A stretch of DNA of 64,000 bases from Octopus vulgaris (GCA_951406725.2 OX597824.1:92194001-92258000); one strand, 5' to 3'; positions 26,825-40,603 are shown, numbered from the stretch's first letter. Notes: generated by a model not told the origin, from the sequence alone. A program made the numbers and translations.

Positions 26825-28004
26825 TATACATACATGTGTACGTTTGTTTGCTATACGCCACAACCTCACTTAGCAGCTAATTGATCATCTATATTTTTTA
26901 AATTTGTATTTAAGTAAATATTGTCTTCTTTATTTTCTTATTCCTATTTAGGTTATTCAGTTCAATAATACTCCAAATTATCACATATTGAAAATGCAAA
27001 ATATGATTGTTATTGCCCGAGCAATTTGTTATTACAATTTCTTCTCTGCTATTGTATTCCGTATTTGATATGTAATATTATACGATTTAGGAATTCCGAT
27101 TTGCTTTGTACGCTTCCAGTTGTTTCTGTTTCGGGGGCGTTGTCATCTCTTCTGCATTGTTTGAGCTTCTGTAATATAAATTTCTGGCTTCTGCTTGTTG
27201 TACCCCGTGATCACTACATCGTCTTTATTTCACAGTTGTGTTACGGTTTATCTGTTTTAAGAAGAATTATTTCAATTGTATTACAAATTCCATAGAATTT
27301 CGCTAAATAAAAATGCCTCCTATACAGTTTAATTAATATGGGGTGTACTGTACCATTACTCTGGAATTAGAACCTGTCTTCAATTTATTTCTTTATTTAC
27401 ATAAATGAAGGCGAAGGGGTGGTAGAATCTATAACACGTCGGACAAAATACTTAGAAGCATTTGTTCCGGCTTTACATTGAACTCAAACGGCCACAGTAG
27501 TCGAATTTGCCCTTCGTTATTACTGGGTGCTTAAAATTCGTACCAGTAGATGGCTGATGTTTCAGGTAATCGTCTTGTCCTCTCCTCTGCAACCGTTGGC
27601 ATTGGCTCAAAACATGAAACATGTATTTCACGACATTATACGTTCGTATGGGCCGCTTCATTTCTGAGAGGTTTGAAGCGCTTTTATGTTATTTAGCATA
27701 AACCAACGTACCTTCATTAATATTGTACTGAATGAAAAGTTTTGTAACGTATATGTCAAAACAGTGTGTCGCATTTAGGAACTTCGCCCGTAAGAACATA
27801 ATAACTTCTAGTAAATATATCCTTATCTACTCTAGGCACAACACCTGAAATGTTGGGGGAGAGGGCAAGTCGATTAGATCGACACCAGTATGCAACTGGT
27901 GCTTAATTTATCGACCCCGAAAGGATAAAATACAAATGCGGCCTCAGCTGAATATTTTGGTAAAGTATTTGCATTATTCGTTAATGTTCCTCAAAAGCAG
28001 CCTC

Positions 28005-28218
28005 GCATTGATAGTAGAGGCTACCATGTTGCACCATTTCAAGCCAGCATTCGGCCTGCAGTTTGCTCCCACACTAATAACAGTCCTTGTTCTTCAATGC
28101 AAAGAACTCCTTCATTGAAGCTTTCATCTTCTCCTGGTTGATGAAACCTCGCGAGCGCATGAAGTGTGCTGTGGGTTCGAAATAAATAATAATCCGACGG
28201 AGCTAGACTTGGACTATT
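28005..28218 (-). mobile_element. mariner (DD34D) transposase C-terminal fragment
   Basis: SPSLAPSDYYLFR (YSPDLAPSDYxLF motif), then after a frameshift EFFALKNKDCY*CG...ECWLEMVQHGSLYY. Confidence 0.8.
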
Positions 28219-28577
28219 GTTTTGTGTTGACGAATAAAGCAAACAGAGAACACAAAACAGTACCAAACTTTCGACACAGCACTTTATACTTGTATTCAAT
28301 GTTAGTCCGAAGTGTTTGCATTTGTTTCAGATCTCACATATTTATCATGCAGTTGTTCGTAAGGCTGCTTTGAATTTGTTTAATTATCGCAGATATTGAT
28401 TGCTTTTACGGTGCAACTTTCTCTCCTAGTAAATATTCGGTTGTGATAGAATTAAAACGACGCCAAATTATTCCCTATAAATTCCCGTCCATTTTATTCT
28501 CCGTTTATTCTCGATTGTGTTTCGTAGCCATGGTCGTTATATTATATATCGTCTGTTATTTGTCTTGTATCTTTCTC

Positions 28578-29002
28578 TTGTTGCAGTCATCGCACTGAGG
28601 CCATACTGGAGCATCACCTTGAAGAATTCCGTTGCATAAATCAACACCGGTACTTATATTAAGGCGGCGAGCTGGCAGAATCGTAGCCGTATTTCGTCTG
28701 CCGCTACGTTCTAAGTTCAAATTCCGCCGAGGTCGACTTTGCCTTTCATCCTTTCAGGGTCGATTAAATAAGTACCAGTTACGCACTGGGATCGATGTAA
28801 TCGACTTAATCCGTTTGTCTGTTCTTGTCCTCTCGGCGTTTAGCCCCTTGTGGGTAGCAAACAAATAGGTACTTATATTTAAGGTTTTTTTAAATACTTA
28901 TTCTGTTTGTCATTTTGCTGAACTGCTAGATTAGAAAGCGACAGAAAAAAAAGAACAATACTCGTCGGCGCAAGGTGATGAAGAAAAACAAACGAAATAC
29001 AA

Positions 29003-29035
<33 letters not shown>

Positions 29036-29190
29036 ACATATATACATACCGGGCTTCCAAGCAGTTTCCGTCCTCTAAATTCCTACACAAAGCATAGACC
29101 GTCTATAGCGAAAGTTACACGCAGTGGAATTGAACCTGGAACAACGAGGCTGTAATGTGAGCATTTTTAAAACCACATACAAGCCTGCAT
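28578..29190 (-). mobile_element. Old SINE family B copy interrupted by a family-A insertion
   Basis: cagtcatcgcactgaggccatactggagca at the 3' end; cagtttccgtc and cacgcagtggaattgaacctgga in the 5' half. Confidence 0.6.
28662..28867 (+). mobile_element. SINE family A with TSD, lacking the 5' arm of the head hairpin
   Basis: TSD ggtacttatatt(t)aagg on both sides. Confidence 0.85.
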
Positions 29191-29522
29191 CTATGTAGAT
29201 TATTTCAGAATATATTCGTTTTACTTGGTGAACGTTCTTCTTCTAGCTTTCAATGATCAGACATCACTATGTGCTGTAGCAAGCATTAATTCTATGTCTT
29301 ACCGGGAATATAGAGTTACAAAACGTGCAATTAGCCGTATATAGCAGCACTGCTATTTACTCCGCTTGTTCACTTTACGCCTGGATTCATTAATGGTTAC
29401 ATTTAACTTACGTAATATCATGTGCCAGCATCCATGATTTCATTCAGGTGGGTGTTCCTTCTTTTCTCACTAATCCCAAACAGTGTTGTGAACATTGTCC
29501 ACCAATCAGTAAAAAAAATCGA

Positions 29523-29579
<57 letters not shown>

Positions 29580-29670
29580 AACTACTACTACTACTACTAA
29601 TAATAATAATAAAATAATAATAATAATAACAATTAGTAACAATAATAAAAAAAAAAAAATAATAATAATT

Positions 29671-29705
<35 letters not shown>

Positions 29706-29707
<2 letters not shown>

Positions 29708-29985
29708 GAAACTACCACCTGTGTCATCTCTTGTGAAAGGTATGAGAGTCCAGTTTGCTGGACATTGTTGTAGAGCTGAAAAAGAAGTAATTTCTACTCT
29801 TCTCTTCTGGAAGCCATCTACTCGCAATATCAGAGGGCGCACACTCACTCTCCTACACTGATGTAAACTCCAGGGATACAGGCATCCAGCAACAGGACCT
29901 CCGTAATGCCATAATGGACTGTGAAGTCTGGCGTAGCATGGTAAATTCCATTGTCTCGACCACGGTCGAACAATGATGATGATGA
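29706..29985 (+). mobile_element. 5'-truncated RTE-clade LINE 3' end
   Basis: GKLPPVSSLVKGMRVQFAGHCCRAEKEVISTLLFWKPSTRNIRGR / YTDVNSRDTGIQQQDLRNAIMDCEVWRSMV (frameshift), the typical RTE RT C-terminus; (TGA)n tail. Confidence 0.85.
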
Positions 29986-30009
29986 GTAGTAAATGCACTG
30001 ATGCCGGTA

Positions 30010-30335
30010 CCAGACAGTGGTTCTGATGGCTTCTGATCTTAACTGATTGGAAAAGAGATGGTCTATAGCAAATATTATGTTCAGTACCACATATTCACTT
30101 GCCCGCCGTTACTTGACCTTAACCAGTTGAGCATGTCCCCTAATGTCTGGTGATATGTGCTTCTCTGACGACGAGCAGGAGCGGTGGTGGGACATCATAG
30201 CCATATGCTGAGAGAAATTCTCTGGGGCTTGAATAATACCACGTTGAAAACATGGGTGTTACTTTCACCATTCTTAAAAAAAACCGCTTCTTCAGGGATC
30301 TTTTGATAATGATTTCCTTCTTGTGAAGAGACCAT
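30010..30335. repeat. Unclassified interspersed repeat (second copy at 38270-38720)
   Basis: Shared blocks agcaaat.tt.tg.tca.t.ccaca, gatatgtgc, atatg.tgaga, aaacatgggtgtt. Confidence 0.65.
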
Positions 30336-30839
30336 ATATGTGTGTGTATCTATGCAGCCGTCGATAAAATCATGAATTCAAAGGCACAAATTAATATTTT
30401 CATAAATAAATTTTAAGAAAATTGTAAAACATACTATCCATTAATTATTTGCAAATAACACATTTATATAATATATGCATATTATTATGAATTTTGCATA
30501 ATGGAATTTTTTCCTAATTCTGTCTTCTATTTGATATTTCTTTTACTGCTACGAACATCGATATTTCATCAATATTTTGCAATTGGCATCTGAAAAATAT
30601 GGCAAGAGATATTTGCTTCACGTAGCAACGTACATATGTTTTAACAATATGTCAATGTAATTAATTATATTTCTTGTTGTTGTCTACAATTTTTTATCGG
30701 TCAGGAAGATGGAAGTCGTTCGGAAATGGAAATAGGTATAAAAACAACGTTTTCAAACACGTTTTTTGATTTTATGTCTTTCGTTGCACGTTCGCTTTAA
30801 ATTCGAACATTGTCATACAAAGACATTTGTCAGCAACAG

Positions 30840-31083
30840 TACGAGGGCTTGCTGATAAATCCTGAATTTGGGTAGAAGATAATACAGGAGGACAAGTTAA
30901 TTATGATTTTATTCAATATATAGGCGCAGGAGTGGCTGTGTGGTAAGTAGCTTGCTAATCAACCACATGGTTCTGGGTTCAGTCCCACTGCGTGGCATCT
31001 TGGGCAAGTGTCTTCTGCTATAGCCCCGGGCCGACCAATGCCTTGTGAGTGGATTTGGTAGACAGAAACTGAAAGAAGCCTGT

Positions 31084-31120
<37 letters not shown>

Positions 31121-31445
31121 TTGTGTGTCTGTGTTTGTCCCCCCTAGCATTGCTTGACAACCGATGCTGGTGTGTTTTTACGTCCCCGTCACTTAGCGGT
31201 TCGGCAAAAGAGACCGATAGAATAAGTACTGGGCTTACAAAGAATAAGTCCCGGGGTCGATTTGCTCGACTAAAAGGTGGTGCTCCAGCATGGCCGCAGT
31301 CAAATGACTGAAACAAGTAAAAGAGAGAGAGATTCCCCGCTCGGATTCAGACACTTATCACAGCGCTCCTTCAGTTTTTCTCAGCTCTGTCAAAGAACTC
31401 GGCACGTTGGGCATTCAGCCAGGCCTTTCGTGACACCCTTAAAGC
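30840..31445 (-). mobile_element. mariner right end (tacgaggg TIR) split by a SINE B insertion
   Basis: Rejoined across the SINE it reads KAWLNAQRAEFFDR / KKLKERCDKCLNPSGE|YIE*, a mariner C-terminus. Confidence 0.75.
30923..31332 (+). mobile_element. Full-length SINE family B (tRNA head, CORE-like cttgggcaagtg block, internal microsatellite)
   Basis: A box tggctgtgtgg, B-like ggttcagtccc, 3' end atgactgaaacaagtaaaaga; many homologues in the window. Confidence 0.9.
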
Positions 31446-31674
31446 CACAACTGTTTCAGCACACCTCGTAAAATGCTGGACCATGTCAGTGAGCATTATA
31501 TTGCAAGAAAAACTGCAAGCTTGTAGCAAGGGATCAAGCGGAAAAACCCAAGTATGTCGCAGGAGTTTTAATCGGACTATAAATTGGATTTAGGAGAATA
31601 CACCCGTTAAGAAGTGTGCCTCGACTTCTCCTTTAGATCCCCGTTCATCAAACTCAAGGTATAATAGTATGTGT

Positions 31675-31984
31675 GAGGGCGCGTGGCTTAGTGGTTAGGG
31701 CATTCGGCTCATGATCGTAAGGTTGTGAGTTCGATTCCCGGCGACGCGTTGTGTCCTTGAGCAAGACACTTTATTTCACGTTGCTCCAGTCCACTCAGCT
31801 GGCAAAAATGAGTTGTACTTGTATTTCAAAGGGTCAGCCTTGTCACGCTGATTATCCCCGAGAACTACGTTAAGGGTACACGTGTCTGTGGAATGCTCAG
31901 CCATTTGCACGTTAATTTCACGAGCAAGCTGTTCCGTTGATCGTATCAGCTGGGACCCTCGTCGTCGTAACCGGCGGAGTCTTT
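31675..31984 (+). mobile_element. Full-length SINE family C with 13-bp TSD
   Basis: A box tggcttagtgg, B box gagttcgattcc; TSD tataatagtatgt at 31660 and 31985. Confidence 0.92.
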
Positions 31985-32404
31985 TATAATAGTATGTATG
32001 TATTTACTAGGGCAAAAAGTGTCCATCTATAAAGATATGGGAAAGCATTTTCCCAAAGACAAAAAAAAACCCATTTATTTGGGCAAAACCTGAAAAGTCA
32101 GCTATGAACTGAAGACGCCACTGGATAAGTTGCTTGGGGACAGTAAAAAATTCAGGGCAGTATTAGTAAACAGGTAGTATCGAATTGAAAATAGTTAATA
32201 AATCAGGATTGAGCATAAGATATGAGTTCAAGAAGACACCACAAGTTTAGTCAAAGTGTTTTCAATTACATGATCCTTTAGTATGTCAAACCAGAGTTCG
32301 TTCGGTGTTTTTATAATTTTGAGCAGAACTCTCTCTCTTTTCATTTTTCTCTCAGGCTTTTCTCGCTCCTGTGAGTGTGTATGTGTGTATGTATGTATGC
32401 ATGA

Positions 32405-32451
<47 letters not shown>

Positions 32452-33224
32452 TGTTTGTGTGTATATATGTATCCAATATATATATATGTATATATATATA
32501 TACATATATATGTATGTATATATATATATATATACTCACAGACATTAATTACACATAATACGTATATTCAGAGGCACCAACGATCTATATATACACACAA
32601 ACACACACATACGCACACAACCTCCCCCACACACACATACGCACACAACCTCCCCCTACACACACACGTATTCACCGCATATATTAATTATATTTCTATT
32701 AGGCGTATCGTGTTGATCTTTATACAGCGTGAGTTTTATTTCGCAAAACGTGTTCAAGCTGAAAATGGTAAAATATTGGTTAGATTCACGAGATTGGAAT
32801 TGACCAATTATAGATACGAATTAAAACATTATATCTTCAGAAAGATAAGGGAAGATATGAATGTCGAAATGACCTTGTCGCCAAGTTCTCAAAGAGAAAA
32901 ATTTACTGGGCATTGGCTACGATTTTCGCATAAAATACTGAAAATAACAGAAAAGTTTATGGAGAATAAGAATATGAACATATAAGAATATGAAATATAA
33001 CTGGTTTTGAAATTAAATATTATTTCCAATGAAAAACATCATGTCTTGACACTAGCAAATTATGAAAGGAGTAAGAATTTTGGTTTAAAGCACACGGTTT
33101 CAGGTTCGGGTCCGTAGCACGGCGTCAGAAACAAGTGTCTTTTATTATAGTCCCAGGTCGACCAATGCGTTGTGATTGAAGTTAGTAGGCGGAATTTGTG
33201 CGAAAACAGTCGCATTCTTTTTTC

Positions 33225-33340
33225 TTCTTCTTTACGATCCCTTTTGATGTAAAACCTACCCCCCTTATTCCCCCCACCCAAGCTCTACTTTGTAATTTGT
33301 TCCCTCTGTGTTCAGCCCTGTGTGGCTAATAAAGAAACAT
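33225..33340 (+). mobile_element. Retroelement 3' tail fragment ending in (TATC)n (longer copy at 63600)
   Basis: tttacgatcccttttgat..agctctac.ttgtaatttgtt..cagccctgtgtggctaataaagaaacata. Confidence 0.75.
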
Positions 33341-33387
33341 ATCTATCTATCTAATTATCTATCTATCTATCTTTCTATCTAAATATC

Positions 33388-33517
<130 letters not shown>

Positions 33518-33846
33518 TGTCTATTAATCGAGCTGTCTATCAATCTATCGATCTATCTATCTTTGTGTGTGTGTGTGTGTGTGTGTGTGAATGTGTGCGT
33601 CTGTGTGCTTGTATTTCACAAGCGATATTTTGTTTACGCCCGCTTGAATTAGTGCTTCAGCAATGGTGACCGACAGAATAATTTAACAGACTTTAAAAGA
33701 AAAACGTACTGGGGTCGATTTATTCAATAAGAATCCTGGAGTTAGCACCACAGCATGGCTGCAGTCTAATCAACTGAACATGCTAAATAAAAATCAACGA
33801 TTTAGTATAGAGTTTATACACGGAGAAGAATATAGACCAGGCTATA

Positions 33847-33990
33847 TATTGGGTCATCCCATAAATAATGCGGTATTTCTATACTTCTATTATTTACCAA
33901 AATTAAGATAAACTAAGTTCTTTTAAATCTAAAATATACTCTCCATTTTCTATAATGCTTTTCTATCTATCTCGTAGGCTTCCATAATTG
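33847..33990 (-). mobile_element. mariner right end with TIR
   Basis: SLRDR*KSIIENGEYILD C-terminus; TA + ttgggtcatcccataaataatgcgg TIR-like end. Confidence 0.7.
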
Positions 33991-34956
33991 ACTGTCCGTA
34001 ATGAAAACTGCCCCTCCAGTACTGTTCTGACCTCGTCTACAGAATTCATAATTTTTCCGTCCAAATGATTTTGAAGGCTGCGGATGAATGAAAATCAGAT
34101 GGGGCATAGTCCGGCCAATGTGACATCTCATCCTTGCCGTGTGGCTTAGCATTATCCTGATGGAAGAATAACTTTCGTCTTGAAACCAATGATGGTCATT
34201 TTCTGATAACACGCAGGTATCTATGAAAGGTTGAAAATATTTGGAAGTAAACAGAGGCACATTTTCTGTATGGTGCATAGCTAAATCCTTGCCGATTATT
34301 TCTTTCATCCCAACACATATTAAATTAGCTTCATCTTGAATACACGAATAAAGACGACGTACGCTTAGGGTCCATGCTTCGTATGTATGTACGTGTGTAT
34401 ATGTGTGTATATATGTGTGTATGCAAATAGTTCATAGATGACAATCAGGTAGTTTTCTTTAAAGAAAAGCCCTATTAGTACACATAAAGTTTAAACTAGG
34501 GGAATAAATTCAAGGATATGTATGTATGTATGTATATATGTATGTATGTATATATGTATGTATGTATATAGACGTATGTGTGCGTGCGTCTGTGTTTGTG
34601 AAGTGTGTGTGTAAGTATGTAAGTGTGTTAATATTTATTTATATGATTATTTACAATAAAAACAACTATATAGATAGATAGATAGATCTTTATTTGTGCT
34701 TTAAGGATAGAAAAGAAGACTTCGTGATTTCATACAAAATCGAGACGAACATCATTCCTGCTTGTGATCGGGTTGAAATTTCTTAAGATATTAAGATATT
34801 TTCTTTACGCGAAACCAATGGTAGCCTTAACACTCTAATAAATACATTCTATCCACGAATGTGGTGTTGAGCACTCATTCTCATCGTTCGACATTTACGT
34901 ATATGTTTGTGCGTGAGTGTGTGTGTGTGCGTGTACGTTTGTGTACCTGTGTGCGC

Positions 34957-35009
<53 letters not shown>

Positions 35010-35902
35010 TTTGTGTATGTATATATGTTTAATCTCTTTTCGGAACGTGTGCGCATCTGCTCATGTCCGAATGAATCTATATTATACATAAGTGTGTAGT
35101 GATTATTGGACTGAAAAGATAATGGATGTAATCAAAATATTGAATTAACCGGAGGTTTACGTTGGCACGAATTGAATTTATATTGAGTTAAGCAACGACA
35201 GTTCATTAATTGCAAAAAGTCAATTAAGTGTAATAACTGTAAATTTTGTTTCCAAGTATGTTTCATTGCAAAATTTATAAAAGGTATCTATGTCCGCGCA
35301 AAAATACGTGATTTATAGAGAAACCCAATATATGTAGATATGCATATAGTTATCTCTATAAACATATATATGAGGACACACACACAGATACGTACACGCG
35401 AAACCACATATACACATATGCACATGCATATGTCTGTCTTTGTGTCTGTGTGCGTGTGTGTGTGCATCAGTGTAAGTAGGTGTGCTTGTGTGTGTATATA
35501 TGCTTTTCCAATATGTTATACACATACATATTGTTGAACAATGAGTGCATCGGCCAAATTCACCTGTCTTTAATGACGCTCTGAGTTCAAATTCTGCTAA
35601 GGTCAGTTTTATCATTTATCATTTTCAGATCGATAAAAGAAGTACCAGTTGAACATTGAGATCGATCTAATCGGCTTAGCAAGGTCCCTTGAAGTTGCCA
35701 GCCTTTTGCAAAAATTTGAACTCATTATTATATAGGTTCATATTCGTATATAAACACCCATACTCATACACACACATATATATACAAAGACCACGAAGCA
35801 GTTCCTTAAATGACTGTAAATATTAATGTATATGTACATATAAATACATATAAATATATATATACACACATTCACGCACACATGCACACACACAGGTACG
35901 CA

Positions 35903-35954
<52 letters not shown>

Positions 35955-36042
35955 TATATATATATATATATATTCATAGAAATGTTAAGATAACCAAAGA
36001 ATGAGACCTCGATGTAAATAGAGGAGTAATTTTGATTGCCCG

Positions 36043-36101
36043 ATAACTGAAGAGATGCTGGCGTGGTTTTCCGCCCCGACATCCGAAACTCGGAGTGTTA
36101 T
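36043..36101 (+). ncRNA. Hammerhead-like motif with long stem II
   Basis: ataa-CTGAAGA-gatg..ggcg..cgcc..catc-c-GAAAC-tcgga-GT-g-ttat; cleavage triplet GUG is predicted inactive. Confidence 0.5.
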
Positions 36102-36571
36102 TATGTCTACCGAATAATTGTCACATATTATATATATATGTATAATTAAGAAATTTGCAAGTGTACAATATATACATTTCAGAACCGATAAATACTACAT
36201 ATAATCGCCTCTTTTTCGTTCCGATATTGGAAGAGGAAAAATATTTGTTAATATTTAATTCTTCAAAATAGCGAAAGCAAAAATTTTTGAGAAACACAAG
36301 AGAATGTGTGTGTTTGTGTGCATCTCAGAGTATGCATATATATATATATAATATATATATATATATATGAATATATAAGAATATATATCTATATATGTGA
36401 TTTTTAATATTCGTCTTCTGTTATAACCCACGCTCTTGTCTATCGCTCAATAACGTGCTATGCATAACAGATTATTTGTCCCTCAGCGTTTGTTTACGTG
36501 TATATATACACACATATGCACACATACACACACACATACACACATACACACAAACACACACAGATACACAG

Positions 36572-36633
<62 letters not shown>

Positions 36634-38154
36634 CCTTTCGAAACACGTGTAGAATGCAATAAAACGATTTCTGTTCAATCTTCGTTCAACTCCATTTCTT
36701 CAATTCACTAATAATATTAAAATTCAATTATCCGCACCAACGCACGGTTGCAACACCATATGGTTGTACCTCCAACCGTGCTGTCTTCTGCTGTGATTTT
36801 TGCTACCAAGGTATCGGTTAAACTTTTGATTAATCTGCAACAAGATTATTCATCTTTCTATTTCACAATATATATACATATGTATATGTAAACATGAGGT
36901 GGGGATTCAACGATCAAAGGAGCGTAAAAATCACAAGGAACGAATATTAACAACTAAGTTAAAAAAATAAAAGAAAACTAAAAAAAATATTAATGAATAA
37001 AACGGGAATTATAACAACTTGAAATAATTAGAAGAACAAAAAAGACCCCAAAAAAACATCAATCGTATAAAAAATATTTCTTAACAAAATTAAGCATAAA
37101 ACCTTCATTCAAAGTTAAATAACTAAAGCTCTGTTAATTTTTAATTCCCTAATTGAGCAAACCCTGTCCTCATTTCTTGATCTTATAGCTAATGGAAAAT
37201 CAAAATGAAAGAAATACCAGCAACAAAAGAGAATTCCCCGAAATTTAATTACCTTTCAGAAAGAAATTTTGTTTCGGGTAAATGTACCGCTCCATAATTG
37301 ATATTTGTTTTCTTTGTATTTTTTGAAACATTTTTCTGGTTTTTTTCCTCTTTTTCCTGACAGTTCTCTAGAAAAAGCAATTACACGTGATCACCAGTAT
37401 CACCACACCATTACCAACACTACACAGCTGTCACGCTGAAGATTAATACGGAGCTGTGCTGTATAGGCGTCAAGGAACCTTCTAAGTTTAAGGTGTAGAA
37501 GAAATTGGCTACTTTTAAATAATTTTTTTCCTATACTTTTCTTTGTGTTTTTGTGTGTGTGTGTGTGTCTTTATGTGTGTGTATGTGTGAGTGTGTGTGA
37601 TTGTATGCATGATTGAGTTTGTATGGAAAAAATGTGGGTTCGTGTCGTTGTTTTAAATCATTCGAACCTCGTGATATCGTGGGTCTGAAAACGGAAATGC
37701 AAACCTACAAGGGTGAGAATCTTCTTTGTTCGTAGTTATTTGACAACCATCATATTGCATAGAGCTCTCAGATCGTGGTAGGAGCGGCGCCGTGACTCTG
37801 GCCCGGTACCAAGCCGATTTATGGTGATATCTTAAAGTAGACATTGGCGTGTTTTCCTAGAAAAAAAAAATGTGAGTCTGGAATCGACCAGGTGCTCTTA
37901 CTTCATTTATCGAAACCCCAAACGCTGAAAATTTAAGTGAATCTTTGCGGAATTTGATCTTATAGCGCAGAAACCGAACGAACTTTACAAAGAATTATGT
38001 CCGAAAATTTAACGACACTGCGAATTCGCAAACAACACGCGTTATAATCAGAAGTGACCAGCTAACGATGGGGTCCTGAAGGTCACTTTCGAATATTTAA
38101 AATGTTTTTATCATGATGGAATGCTGCTTACAATTCTAGCGCACTTTCAATATA

Positions 38155-38255
38155 GTGAAAATCAGAGCACCACAACAAAGCCCACACAGAGCTACACATC
38201 CGGTAGCGCATTGAAATCGCATCATAAAAATAAAACTACGAAATAATAATAATAA
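38155..38255 (+). mobile_element. Dong/R4-like LINE 3' UTR fragment ending in (AAT)n
   Basis: atcagagcac.acaacaaa..cacacagagct..cggtag..ataaaaataaaactac.aaataataat, homologous to 43077-43420(-). Confidence 0.7.
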
Positions 38256-38269
38256 CAACAACATGCTGT

Positions 38270-38720
38270 ACCATGCAGTGGCTCTCAAGGCTTTTGACTT
38301 TAACTCACTTGAAGTGTTATCATGTACATTGTTTTGTCTTGGTATAAAAGATGAGCTACAGCAAATGTTCTGCTCAATGCCACAGATTTTCTTGTCAGTG
38401 GTTTGACCTTAGTGGCTGACGATATGTGCATCTCTTATCTCTAGCGGAAATAGTGGAGGAACATCGTAGTCATATGTTGAGAGGAGTTCTTTGGGGTTTG
38501 AATAGTTCTCCTCTACAAACATGGGTGTTTTGTTCATCATCCTTAAAACAAACCTTATTCAAGGACGTTTTGAGCGTAATGGGCTACTCAACCTGAAGAA
38601 AATTCTAGCTGGGCCCCACCTGCAAGGTCATGTGATATTTATTTTGATATAAAATCACGATGTCGTGCAAATATGGTTGTGACGAATATGCTTGGTGTAC
38701 ACTTATCAGACGGGTATTCA
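38270..38720. repeat. Unclassified interspersed repeat (longer copy)
   Basis: Homologous to 30010-30335. Confidence 0.65.
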
Positions 38721-38807
38721 TGTAACCTGCTGTCCTCCTAATGCTTACCTCAAATAAGACCGAATTTGAACCAACCCAAGTTAATAATAATAATAATAAT
38801 AATAAGC

Positions 38808-38972
38808 CATTCTACTTTTGGGGAAGGGATTAAGTCGATTTCATCGACCCCAAATGGATAAAATGCAAAGTCGACTTCGGCGGAATTTGAACTCAGAACG
38901 TAGCGACAGCCGAAATACCGCAAAACATTTCACCCGGTGTGCTAGCTAATGATTCTGCCAGCTCGCCGCCTT
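38808..38972 (-). mobile_element. SINE family A, internally deleted
   Basis: cggcggaatttgaactcagaacgtagcg..gattctgccagctcgccgcc. Confidence 0.8.
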
Positions 38973-39795
38973 AGATAATAATCATCATAATAATAATAAC
39001 AACAACAATAATAACAATGATGATGATGATGATGATGAAGAGGGGGATGAGAAGAAGAAGAAGAAGAAGAAGTAGACGAAGAAGAAGCAGAAGAAGAAGA
39101 AGAAGAAGAAGAAGAAGAAGAAGAAGAAGAAGAAGAAGAAGAAGAATTGGAGGATACACCCACAACAACTGAAAGGAACCAGATTAGGGGAACATTTCCA
39201 AGGAAAATATAGATCACAGTAACACGGCGCGATTGATTAGGAAAAAAAAAACACTAGAAGAGATAATTTAATAGAACCAAAATCATTAAGCAATGTAATT
39301 AGTTACTCACCTGAGAAGAACAACAAAACACTAATTTATTAACAGAGGAACTTAGATTGTGTAGGAAACGTGTGTGTGTGTAAACGTTATGAAAGAGAGG
39401 GAGAGGAAATCTCACCGTAGATGTGTGCGTAACTGAATACGTATTGCCGCACGCCATTTTCTGTTAATATAATGACAATGTTCGTATTATGCTGTTTCCA
39501 TACTTGGTAACTATAGCTGCTTCATCGTTTGGAAAGGAACTAAACGTCAGTGGCAATGTACCAAACAGAGATATTAAAAACAACCCTTAAAAGTATATCA
39601 GAATGGAAAGCATTCGGTTGAATTTACAAGCATCATATTTCTTGAAATTTCTGACGAAACAATGGGACGAAATGACATCACCAGTGGCTGCTAATATTAA
39701 CAATGTGTTGAATATGAATCTAAGACAGATAGGGCACAGAAAGTGTGTCAATAGCCAGCTGGAGAAGATGTTCTCCTGGGGCTACAAGCTACAGT

Positions 39796-39995
39796 AGGTG
39801 AGCTGGCAGAATCGTTATCACACCGGTTGAAATGCTTAGTGGTAGTTCGTCTGTTATGAGTTCAAACTCCGCCGTGGTCGACTTCGCTTTTCATCCTTTT
39901 GGGGTTGATAAATTAAGTACCAATTGCGTACTGTGGTACATCTAATCGACTCGCCCCCTGCACAAAATTACGGGCCTTGTGCTTGGAGTAGAAAA
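39796..39995 (+). mobile_element. SINE family A (tail type 2)
   Basis: gagctggcagaatcgtta..gagttcaaactccgccg..tttcatccttttgggg. Confidence 0.8.
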
Positions 39996-40019
39996 TAATA
40001 TATATTTTATCGTCTGTCT

Positions 40020-40320
40020 TTTACTTGTTTCAGTCAATTCACTGCGGCCATGCTGTAGCACAACCTTGAAGAACTTTAGTCAAACGAATCGACACTGGAA
40101 CATATTTTGATAAGATTGGTACTTATTCCGTAGGCCTGATTTATCGAAACACTAAGTTATTGGAATATAAACACTCCAACAGCGGTCGTCCAGCAGTGAG
40201 TCAAACACATGCGCGCATGCTCGCGCTCATATCTATACATGCATATGTATATCCGATGTGCACGGGACTGAACCCGGAAACATGGTATTGGAAAGCAAAC
40301 ACCTTACCACGCAGCGCCTA
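40020..40320 (-). mobile_element. Degraded SINE family B
   Basis: ttacttgtttcagtca..tgcggccatgct; gggactgaacccggaaacatg. Confidence 0.7.
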
Positions 40321-40333
40321 TACAAACATCCTG

Positions 40334-40384
<51 letters not shown>

Positions 40385-40387
<3 letters not shown>

Positions 40388-40603
40388 TTCTTTACTACAC
40401 ACAAGGGGCTAAACACAGAGGGGACAGACAAGGACATATAAACTGATTAAGTCGATTCCATCGACCCCAGTGCGTAACTGGTACTTAATTTATCGATCCC
40501 GAACGGATGAAAGGCAGAGTCGACCGCGGCGGAATTTGAACTCAGAACGTAACGGCAGACGAAATACGGCTACGCATTTCGCCCGGAGTGCTAACGTTTC
40601 TGC
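40385..40603 (-). mobile_element. SINE family A monomer
   Basis: Near-consensus sequence. Confidence 0.88.

Noticed and set aside
32105-32140. Hammerhead-like ctgaagacgccac...
   Set aside because: The GAAA half is absent.
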